The position numbers and the translations under genes are program-made. Below are positions 41,466-52,148 of a DNA stretch of 64,000 bases, piece after piece; within the stretch, counting starts at the first letter, position 1, and every line of letters starts with the position of its first letter. Source of the stretch: Chiloscyllium plagiosum (taxonomy: Eukaryota). Location of the stretch: assembly GCF_004010195.1 (NCBI RefSeq), contig NC_057757.1, positions 8,338,759 to 8,402,758 on the forward strand, read 5' to 3'. The notes beneath the pieces are model-generated. The model ran no database searches. It worked only from the letters and a program-made list of their open reading frames with translations, and was not told where the DNA came from.

Positions 41466-41824
41466 CACTATCAGAACTGAGTTCTTTGTCAGAGCAGCTT
41501 CGATGAGTTACTGAAGTGCATCTGTTGGATGATAAACACTGCTGTTAATCTGCATAGAGTCCAGTTAGACAGCACAGAGACAGAGAATTTCATGAGAAAA
41601 TAATTAATGTCTCTGAAAGACTGAACTGTCAAGATGAAGTGAATTCCAGCTGTGAGGTGAGTCTGACTACCAAGACCACATGTGACTGGGTGTGGCCTCA
41701 AGAAACCCCAGCAAACTTGGAGTAACAAGGAATGGTGGGGTGGGGGGAGAGGAGGAGTTGAATTCTCTGTTCTGTTGTCCTGTTACATAGGAAAATGTTG
41801 TGGTTATTGGAGATCAGTCATCTC

Positions 41825-42800
41825 ACCCCCAGGACATCTTTGCAGGTTTGCAGGAAGTGGGAGGATTGGAAAGAAAAGTTGTTCAGGGTGAGGATCAGTT
41901 CAGTCAGTCGAAGGAGGGTGTCAGTGGAAGGGTATTGGTTGGTACGGCGGGAAAGGAAGAAGCGGAGGCCTTTAAGTCTTTCGTGATGGGGGATGGAGGT
42001 GTACAGGGACTGTATGTCCATGGTGAAGATTTCTTCAAAGACTGCAATTTCCCCCAGACGTGATCGATGATGCTCTCCACCGCACCTCCTCCACTTCCCG
42101 CTCCTCCGCCCTTGAGCCCCGCCCCTCCAATCGCCACCGGGACAGNNNNNNNNNNNNNNNNNNNNNNNNNNNNNNNNNNNNNNNNNNNNNNNNNNNNNNN
42201 NNNNNNNNNNNNNNNNNNNNNNNNNNNNNNNNNNNNNNNNNNNNNNNNNNNNNNNNNNNNNNNNNNNNNNNNNNNNNNNNNNNNNNNNNNNNNNNNNNNN
42301 NNNNNNNNNNNNNNNNNNNNNNNNNNNNNNNNNNNNNNNNNNNNNNNNNNNNNNNNNNNNNNNNNNNNNNNNNNNNNNNNNNNNNNNNNNNNNNNNNNNN
42401 NNNNNNNNNNNNNNNNNNNNNNNNNNNNNNNNNNNNNNNNNNNNNNNNNNNNNNNNNNNNNNNNNNNNNNNNNNNNNNNNNNNNNNNNNNNNNNNNNNNN
42501 NNNNNNNNNNNNNNNNNNNNNNNNNNNNNNNNNNNNNNNNNNNNNNNNNNNNNNNNNNNNNNNNNNNNNNNNNNNNNNNNNNNNNNNNNNNNNNNNNNNN
42601 NNNNNNNNNCCCCTCCCCCAAGTCCCTCCTCCCTACCTTTTATCTTAGCCTGCTGGACACACTTTCCTCATTCCTGAAGAAGGGCTCATGCCCAAAACGT
42701 CGATTCTCCTGCTCCTGGGATGCTACCTGACCTGCTGCGCTTTTCCAGCAACACATTTTCAGCTCTGATCTCCAGCATCTGCAGTCCTCACTTTCTCCTT
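41825..42800 (+). mobile_element. Penelope-like element with inverted 5' RT piece, spanning an assembly gap
   Basis: Minus 41825-42025: FTMDIQSLYTSIPH..LTELILTLNNFSF (PLE RT); plus 42026-42145: FFKDCNFP..IDDALHR; tail 42610-42800 with hammerhead-like CTGAAGA-AGGGC..GCCC-AAAAC-GTC. Confidence 0.8.
42146..42609. other. Assembly gap (N run)
   Basis: Ns. Confidence 1.
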
Positions 42801-42875
42801 TAACATCTGGACAATATCCAGGCTAGGGCTGCCAAGTGGCAAATGCATCCAGGCCAGACAAATAACATGCAATGA

Positions 42876-42970
42876 TTCTGGATCAGCGGTGCTGGAAGAG
42901 CACAGCAATTCAGGCAGCATCCGACGAGCAGCAAAATCGACGTTTTGGGCAAAAACCCTTCATCAGGAAT
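42876..42970 (-). mobile_element. 95-bp hammerhead-bearing insertion with 10-bp TSD
   Basis: CATGCAATGA at 42866-75 and 42971-80; reverse starts ATTC-CTGATGA-AGGGT-TTTT-GCCC-AAAAC-GTC. Confidence 0.8.
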
Positions 42971-43094
42971 CATGCAATGACCAGCACCAATTGGAGAGAC
43001 CTAACTATTAGCCCATACCATTTAATTCTGTGATTATCACTGACTCACCAACTATTGACATCCTTGGGTTGCGCATTGACCAGGAATTGAACTG

Positions 43095-43286
43095 CACAGC
43101 AGTTCAGGCAGCATCCGAGGAGCAGTAAAATCGATGTTTCAGGCAAAAGCCCTGTATTCCTGATGAAGGGCTTTTGCCCGAAATGTCGATTTTACTGCTC
43201 CTCGGATGCTGCCTGAACTGCTGTGCTTTTCCAGCACCACTCTAATCTAAACTCTGGTTTCCAGCATCTGCAGTCATTGTTTTTAC
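43095..43286 (+). mobile_element. Hammerhead-bearing insertion with a 60-bp inverted 5' copy and 15-bp TSD
   Basis: TSD CCAGGAATTGAACTG at 43080-94 and 43287-301; arms 43094-153 and 43167-226 are reverse complements (3 mismatches); core CTGATGA-AGGGC-TTTT-GCCC-GAAA-TGTC. Confidence 0.85.
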
Positions 43287-43324
43287 CCAGGAATTGAACT
43301 GGACTTACCATATAGGTGCTATGA

Positions 43325-44345
43325 CGTTTTTGGCCGAGCTGCTGGGTTACCGTGTAGATGTTTTGTTATCATGCTGGGTGACATCATTAGGGTGACTTCC
43401 GTGAAGTGCTGTTGTTCTGTTCCACTTGGTTTTTCTGTGGGTCCGGTCTACTGGGGGGAGTGTCACTTCCGGGTCTTCCCTGCAGCAGTTTGTACATGGA
43501 GTCGAGAATTGGATTGTCCTGGAATGGTTACATTGTCATAGCTGAATTGATGGCCCTCTTGTTCTGTGTGTATGGAGATGAGAGAGAGGAAGGAAGATGA
43601 AGAATAGATACAAAAAGTAATTGTTAACAACGGATACCATATCAGCTTCATCTGCTAATGCCTGTCCAACAGACATTGCTAAGAAGAAACTGTACCTACC
43701 AACACACTGGCCACCTTGCCATATGTGAAGAACATATCCGGATTAACTACCAGGCTGTTAAAACCGTAGGTATTATGGTAGCACACCAACCATCAGCCAC
43801 ACTATGCCAACGACTTACCAGGACCAAGGGCCCCATACCCACAATATGTAGGACCAGTGTGGTGCACAAAATTCCCTGTAACAACTGCAGCAAATGCGGC
43901 ATCAGAAAAACAGGAAGAAAACTATCCACCTGACTTCACAAACACCAACTGGCAACTAACTAACTGGATCCACTCTCCCTCATCTCTGTACACAGACCAA
44001 GAGAGCTATCAATTTAGTCTATGACAAGTGAACCAGAGTCACACAAAACAGTTCTTGGAAGCCTGGTTTTCAATCAAAAAAGGCCATTAACAAAAAAATA
44101 GAGATAGACCTAGGAGGCAAACACATCGAGATAGACCCAGTATACAAACACACAGATGGACCCAGTGTACAAACCGCAGAGAAGACCTGGAAGTGACACT
44201 CACCTCAACAGACCAGACCCACCTTAAAACCAAGTGGGACAGAACAATAGCGCTTCACAGAAGTCGCACTGATGATGTTACCCAACATGGTTTTGAAACA
44301 TCTGCATGGTAACCCAGCAGCTCAGGCAGCTAACCAACTACCTCA
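43325..44345 (+). mobile_element. Penelope-like element 3' part (GIY-YIG) with inverted terminal (pLTR) copies
   Basis: SVVHKIPCNNCSK..KTGRKLST (GIY-YIG-type); 43330-43480 is an inverted copy of 44180-44328; hammerhead GCA-CTGATGA..GAAA-CATC-TGC at 44266-44305. Confidence 0.75.
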
Positions 44346-45937
44346 TCACAAGCTACAGAACTTGGTGAAAACTGTACAAAATAATTAGGTACTATGGCTT
44401 CCAGAATCTCGTGGAAGCTCGGAATACAGCTATGAGTAACCCACCTCCTGAATCCCCAAAGCCTGTCCACCATCTCCAAAACACAAGTCAAGAGCGTGAC
44501 AGAATTCTCCCCAATTGCTTGGATGAGTGTAGTTCTAAAAACAGTCAAGAAGTTCGATACCATCCAGGACAAAGCAACCCACTTAATTGACTCTGCACTC
44601 ACAAACACCCACTCCTTCCACTGTCGCTCAGTAGAACAGTGTGTAATATCTTCAAGATGCACTGTCCGAAGTCACCAAAGTTCCTTAGACAGTACCTTCC
44701 AAACCCACAACCTGTACCATCCAGAAGGATAAGGGTGACAGATACATGAAAATACTGACCCCTGCACGTTAACCTCAAACTCACTCACTATCCTGACTTG
44801 GAAGCATGTCACCTTTCCTTCTGTGTCACTGGGTCAAAATCCTGGAGCTCCCTCCTTAACAGCATTGTGGGTCTACCTACACCACATGGACTGCAGCAGT
44901 TCACGAAGACAGCTCACCCCTGCACTTTATGAAGGAGCAACTGGCAACAGGCAATAAATACCGGACCAGCGATGACCATATTCCGTGAGTAAATAACAAA
45001 AAGTGCATGCTGGTAAATGCAGAAACAGCAGTGAATCTGATCAGCTCACCACCGTCTTCACTGGGGATGTTAAGGATGAGCCATAAATGCTGTTTTAGTC
45101 AGAGATCCCTGCATCCCATGCACAAAGTAAAAATAACTGAGGGGGAGGGGGGAAACATTAGAATTTAGAATAAGGAACACGATGCAAAAATTCAAACAGA
45201 AATTGAAATGTTACGTTAACAGTTAATAAGGGAAATAAGAGTGTCAAAGAAAAGATAACAATAATGGATTGGCAGCTGATCTAAAAGATTGGTTGCTATA
45301 CAAATAGGCTAATGGTCATCAGACAAGGGCTAATTATACCCCAAAATCACAAAAGTAGGTAGTACACACTGACTTGAGTTAAAAAATGAGAAATTAAGAT
45401 TTGTTTCATGGTGGATGAAATAGAGGCATAGCCACAGGGAGAGCTGAAAGAGATAGATCTTTGTAGGAGCTAATTACTTGAAACTGTACTGAAAACAAAA
45501 AAATGTGGATATCACAAAGGGTGGGGCAGCATCCATGGAGAGAGGGCAAGTTAATAATTGAGCTTATCTTCATCAAAGATAGATCATCGAAAAGTCGTGA
45601 ATGAAGGGTTACCGGGAAAATGCAAGAAAGTGGATGTGAGGAATGTCGGATCAGCTATGTTCCTATTAAATGATGGAACTGACTGGAGGGGCCAAATATA
45701 TGGTCAGTCCGAGGCACTGAGAACACCAAATTCTCGAATCATTTCTAACCAAGCTCATTAGCACAAAGATACAGATAACAATTCCAGGTGTAATCTTCTG
45801 AAATGAAACTGGGCTATTAGATAAATTGCCGGAGAGGGAATATTTTTGAACCAGTGACCTTCGTACAGTTACATTTAGCATAAATATGGAACAAGACAAA
45901 GACAACATGGGTAATGCTTTGATGTCCGGTACAGACA

Positions 45938-48490
45938 AGAGTCATAGAGATGCACAGCACGGAAACAGACCTTCGGTCCAACTCGTCCATGCCAACTACA
46001 CATCCCAACCTAATCTACTCTCACTTGCCAGCACCTGGCCCATATCCCTCCAAACACTTCTACTCATATACCCATCCAGATGCCTTTTCCATATTGCAAT
46101 TGTACTAGCCTTCACCACTTCCTCTGGCAGCTCATTCCATACACACAGGACTCTGTGCATGAAAAGGTTGCCCCTTAGGTCTCTTTTACATCTTTCCCCT
46201 CTCACCCTAAAACTATGCTTTCAAGATCTGGACTCCCCCACCAGAGGGAAAAGACCTTGTCTATTTACACTATCCATGCCCCTCATGATTTTATAAACAT
46301 CCAAAAGGACACCCCTCAGCCTCCAACACTCCAGGGAAAACAACCCCAGCCTTTTCAACCTTTCCCTATAGCTTAAATCCTCCAACCCAGGCAACATCCT
46401 TGCAAATCTTTTCTGAAACCTTTCAAATTTCATAACATCTTTCCGATAGGAAGGAGACCAGAATTGCACGCAATATTCTAAAGTGGCCCAATCAACGTCC
46501 TATACTCAATACCCTGACTAATAAAGGCAACCATACCAAACGCCTTCTTCACTATACTATTGATCTGCGACTCCACTTTTAAGGAGCTATGAACCTGCAC
46601 GCCAAGGTCTCTTTGTTCAGCAACACTCCCTGGGCCCTTACCATTAAGTGTATACGTCCTGCTAAGATTTGCTTTCCCACAATACAACACCTTACATTTA
46701 TCAATATTAATCTTGATCTGCCACTCCTCAGCCCATTGGCCCATCTGATCAAGATCCTGTTGTACTCTGAGGTAACCTTCTTTGCTGTCCACTACACCTC
46801 TAATTTTGGTGTCATCTACAAACTTACTAACTATACCACCCCTTGGTTCACATCCAAATCATTTACTTAAATGACAAAAAGTAGTGGACCCAGCACCTAT
46901 CCTTGTGGCACTCCACTGGTTACAGGTCTCCAATCTGAAAAGCAACCCTCCACCATCATCCTCTGTCTTCTCCCTTCAAGCCAGTTCTGTATCCAAATGG
47001 CTAGTTCTCCCTGTATTCCATGAGATCTAACCTTGCCAAACAGTATCCCATGGGGGAACCTTGTCGAACGCCTTACTGAAGTCCATACAGATCACGTCCA
47101 CCACTCTGCCCTCATCAATCCTTTTTGTGACTTCTTCAAAAACCTCAATCAAGTTTGTGAGACATGATTTCCCATATACAAGGCCATGCTGACTATCCCT
47201 AATCAGTCCTTGACTTTCCAAATGCGTGTAAATTCAGGATTCCCTCCAACAACTTGCCCATCACTGACATCAGGCTCACTGGTCTATAGTTCCCTGGCTT
47301 GTCCTTATCACCTTTCTTAAATAGTGGTACCACATTAGCCAACCTCTAGTCTTCCGGCAGTTCACATGCAACTATCAAGGATACAAATATCTCAGTAAGG
47401 GGCCCAGCAATCACTTCCCAAGCTTCCCACAGAGTGCTAGGGTACACCTGATCAGGTCCTGGGGTCTTATCCACTTTTATGTGTTTCAAGACATCCAGCG
47501 CTTCCACCTCTGTAATATGGACATTTTTCAATATGTCACCATCTATTTCCCTACATTCTTTATCTTCTGTGTCTTTCTCCACAGTAAACACTGATGCAAA
47601 ATACTCATTTGATATCTCCCCCATCTTCTGCAGCTCCATACAAAGGCCACCTTGCTGATCTTTTGAGGGGCTCTATTCTCTCCCGAGTTACTCTTTTGTC
47701 CTTAATCTATTTGTAAAAACCCTTTGGATGCTTCTGAACCCTACTTGCCAAAGCTATCTCTTGTCCTCCTTTCTCCCTCCTGATTTCCTTCTTAAGTATA
47801 CTTCTACTATCTTTATACTCTCAGGATTCACATGATCTATCCTGTCTATACCTGACATATGCGCCCTTCTTTTTATTAACCAAAACCTCAATTTATCAGC
47901 ACTCCCTACAGCTCCCAGCCCTTCCTTTCACACTAACTGGAATATACTGTCTAAGGACTCTCGTCATCTCATTTCTGAAGGCTTCCCATTTTCCAGCCAT
48001 CTCTTTACCTAAGAACATCTGCGCCCAATCAGCTTTTGAAAGTTCTTGCCCAATACCATCAAAATTAGTCTTCCTCCAATTTAGAAGTTCAACGTTTAGA
48101 TCTGGTCTATCCTTTTCCATCACTATGCTCACTGGCCCCAAAGTGCTCCCCCACTGACACTTCAGTCACCTGCCCTGCCTTATTTCCCAAGAGTAGGTCA
48201 AGTTTTGCACACTCTCTAGCAGGTTCATCCACATACTGAATCAGAATTGTTCTTTGTACACACTAAAATAATTCCTCTCCGTCTAAACCCTTAACAATGT
48301 GGCAGTCCCAATCTATGTTGGAAAGTTAAAATGCCCTACTATAACCATCCTATTATTCTTACAGATAACTGAAATATCTTGCAAATCTGTTTCTCAATTT
48401 CCTGCTGACTATTAGGGGGTCTATAATACAATCCCAATAAGGTGATCATCCCTTTCTTACTTCTGAGTTCCACCCAAGTAACTCTTTTGA
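45938..48490 (-). mobile_element. CR1 LINE (EN to 3' end, ~2.5 kb)
   Basis: Minus ORFs LLGLYYRPPNS, NWRKTNFD, NEYFASVFT, GKSCLTNLIE..DFSKAFDKVP, FWSPSYRKD. Confidence 0.93.
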
Positions 48491-49509
48491 ATCTGAGATT
48501 TTTCTGGCAAAGTTGGACTGGATGTGGATAGAAGAAAAAAATGATGAAACAAAAGGATTTCAAAAGTGACATTCTAAAGACACAATTTAGACATGACCCA
48601 ACAACATAAATAGTTATATTTCCAGATCAAGAGACCTATTCCTGTCCCAGAAGAATACAGGGTGAGAGAGAGCAGCAAAAGAAAGATTCTTATCATGACA
48701 AAAAATTTCTAAAATTATAGCTCAATAGAAAATCTAAATGGATGAAATATAAATTAAAAACAAAACTCAGAAAGGCCAAGGGAGCATAGGGAAATTATTC
48801 GCGGTATAGTTTGACAAATACAAAAGATATTTTACCAGTAGATTAAGACCAAATGGATATCTATGAAAATAAGATGTCAAAGAAGTACAAGATGATTGAT
48901 GTAAGCCAATGCACATTCGCATACTAATGTTCATACACAAACCTTGAAATCCAATGCATTACTTATTATTTTATAACTTCAATCGCTTTGAATCATGTAA
49001 CAGAGTTTGTGATTTATTCCATGTTGATGAATATAAACTGGTTGTGGTGAAGATCCATGTGAAAGATCGGTCTGAAGGAGCATCTCATGAACTGACATTG
49101 AAGTCGACATTTTCCCATGCCCAAGAAATCTGCATCAAGGGAAGATAGATCGGGTCATCAACACTGTGTTGGAGAACTATATCCCATTGTTTCGCTGACT
49201 ATTAAGATAAGGCATTTTTTAAATAACACCCTAGCTAGCTGCTCATGTTTCTTTAACTATAACATTGAAGACAGGAGCAGAGAGATGGTATCTGGATATG
49301 GCATCATTCATGAGGAGTGCTTATGCCCATAACATCGAATCTCCTGCTCCTCAGATCCTGCTTGACCTGCTGGACTTTTCCACTCTGACTCTCCAGCATC
49401 TCAGTCCTCACTTCCTCCTGATGGCTTCATTTAGGACAGTGATGTCATTAAAACCAATTAACTGGTCCAATACCAAGGATTTCCTAACATGACAGGCTAG
49501 GCAGGGTAT

Positions 49510-51165
49510 CGAACACAGGACATAGAACAGTACAGCACAGTACAGGCTCTTCAACCCTTGATATTGTGCTGGCTTTTTATCCCACTCTAAGATCAGACTA
49601 TTCTGCATACCCTTCATTGCACTATCTTCCATGTGCCTTTCCAAGATTCACCTACAGGTCCCTAATGTCTCTGACTCTACAACCACTGCTGGCAGTGCAT
49701 TCTACGCATCCACCATTCTCTGCATAAAGAACCGACCTCTGACATTTCTGCTAAACCTTCCTCCAATTCCCTTAAAATTAAGCTCCCTTGTGATAATCAT
49801 TTCTGCTTTGGGGAAAAGTCTTTGACTATCCACTCTATTTATATCTCTCGATATCTCTGCACACCTCCATCAAGTTACCTCTCATCCTTCTTGGCTCCAA
49901 TGAGAAAAACCCTAGCTCCTCAGCCTTTCTTCCTAAGACATGACCTCCAGTCCAGGCAGGATCCTGGTAAATCTTCTCTGCACCCTCGCTAAAGCTTGCA
50001 CATTTTCCTATAATGAGGCAAACAGAACTGAACACAATATTCCAAGGGTGGTCTAACCAGGACTCTGTAGAGCTACAGCATATCCTCACGGCTCTTAAAC
50101 TCAATTGTCCTGCTAAAGAAAGCCAACACGCTTTCTTAACAACTCTATCAATTTGGGTGTCAACTTTGAGTGATCTATGGACACAGACCTCAAGATCCCC
50201 ATGTTCCTCCAAACTGCCAAGAATCCTGCCTTTAACCCTGTATTCTGCATTCAAATTCAACCTTCCAAATTTTTCCAGACTGAACTCCATCTGCCACTTA
50301 TCAGCCCAGTTCTGCATCTTCTCAATGTCCTGTTGCAACCTCCAACAGCCTTTACACTATCCACAACTCCACCAACCTTTTGTGTCATCGGCAAACTTAC
50401 TAACCTACCCTTCCACTTCCTTATCCAAATCATTTATAAAAGTCACAAAGCGCAAAGATCCCAGAACCGATCCCTGCAGAACACCACTGGTCACCGATCT
50501 CCAGACTGAATACTTTCCATCTGCCATCATCCTCTGTCTTCTATGGGTCACCAATTTGATATACAGCCAGACAAGATTTCCCTGTATCTCACGACTAATT
50601 ACTTTCCGAATGAACCTCCCATGGAGATCCGCATCAAACGTCTTGTTAAAATTCATGTACACCACATCCACTTCATCAATGTGTTTGTCACATCCTCAAA
50701 GTATTCAATAAGGTTTGTGGGCACGATTTGCCCCTCATAAAGGCATGCTGACTATCTCTAATCAAACTAGCTTTCCAAGTAATCATAAATCCTGTCTCTC
50801 AGAATCAATTCCAATACTTTGCCCATCACAGACATAAGACTGACTGGTCTGTAACTCCCAGGATTATCCATACTCCCTTTCTTGAAGGAGGGAATTACAT
50901 TTGCCACCCTGCAATCATCTAGCAGTACTCCCATGGACAATGAGGATGCTAAGATCATTTCCAACTGCTCAGAAATCTGCTCCCACGCTTCCTGATCTAA
51001 CGTAGCATTTATCCCGTCTGGCTCAGGGGATTTATTAATCCTTCTATTTTCCAAAATTTTCAGCACATCCTCCTTCCTAGCATCAACATGTTCTCACACA
51101 TCAGTCTGTTTCACACTATCCTTGCAAACGTCAAGGTCCCTTCCAGTTGTGAATACTGAAGCAAA
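49510..51165 (-). mobile_element. CR1 LINE, 5'-truncated
   Basis: KSPEPDG..NPGSYRPVSL, SGVLQGSVLG..FINDLD, WADKWQMEF. Confidence 0.92.
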
Positions 51166-51197
51166 GAACATAGAGGTCCCTCTCAATAGTGATAGGT

Positions 51198-51281
51198 GTC
51201 TGTGATGGTCAGAATGGTTAGGGTGATGGCTTAGAAAAGCCACTGGTGTTTCACCATGCAGGTTCGAATCCTGCCAATTAT
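51198..51281 (+). pseudogene. tRNA-Ser(AGA)-derived pseudogene
   Basis: ..TGGTTAGGGTGATGGCTTAGAAAAGCCACTGGTGTTTCACCATGCAGGTTCGAATCCTGCCAATTA; long variable arm, intact B box, disrupted acceptor/D stems. Confidence 0.7.
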
Positions 51282-51286
51282 ATAAG

Positions 51287-51577
51287 GATGGTACGGTAGC
51301 TCAGTGGTTAGCAATGCTGCTTCACAACATCATGAATTTGGGTTTGATTCCAGCCTTGGATATCTGTGTGGAGTTTGCATGAGTTTCCTCCCACTGTCCA
51401 AAGATATGCAGTTTAGGTGGATTGGCCACGCTAAATTGCCCAAGTGTCGAGGATATGTAAGTTAGCCATGGGATATGCAGGGTTATAGTGTCCTTGCAGT
51501 GAGTCTGGGTAGAGTGTTCTTTGGAGTTGGTATGGATTTGCTGGGCTGAATGGCCTGTTTCCACATTATATTCTACA
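51287..51577 (+). mobile_element. HE1-like shark SINE
   Basis: tRNA head GGTAGCTCAGTGGTTAGC..GGGTTTGATTCC, body GTGTGGAGTTTGCA, CR1-like tail GGGCTGAATGGCCTGTTTCC. Confidence 0.75.
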
Positions 51578-51704
51578 TGTAAGAAAGGGGTGCTGAAACA
51601 GAAGAGCACAACGGAAATTGCTGGAAAACCTCAGCAGGTCTGGCAACATTTATGGAGAGAAAACAGAGTTAACGTTTCCAGTCCAGTAACCCTTCATCTG
51701 AAGT

Positions 51705-52148
51705 GGTTTGATTGGGCGCTCCAAATCAAGCCCAATCATCTGAAATAGGAGGGGAGGCAAGACAGGAAGGGGAGTGGCATTTTTGATTAGGGAAAACACC
51801 ATGGCAGTACTTTGAGAAGACATTCCTGAGGTATCGTCCAGTGAAACTATATGGGTGAAGCTGAGAAAAAAGAAGAATATGATCACTTTGATGGGATAAT
51901 AGTATAGGTCCTCCAATAGTCAGCAGGAAATTGAGGAGCAAATATGAAGGGAGGTTGCTGATAACTGTGAGAAACAGGATTGTAATAGAAGGGGATTTCA
52001 ACTTTCCAAACATGGACTGGAACTGTATGAAAGGGAATTTGTTAAGTGCATTCAAGAAAACTTTCTCAATCAAAATCTAGATGGCCCTGTGAGAGGAGGG
52101 GAAAATCTCAACCTCCTCTTGGGAAATAAGGCAGGGCAAGTGACTATG
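51705..52148 (+). mobile_element. CR1 endonuclease fragment
   Basis: NRRGGKTGRGVAFLI..YRSSNS..GDFNFPNMDW. Confidence 0.8.

Noticed and set aside
41818..42677. Long ORFs of 193-267 aa
   Set aside because: Length is produced by the N gap
50013..50711. 232-aa plus-strand ORF
   Set aside because: Antisense shadow of CR1 RT
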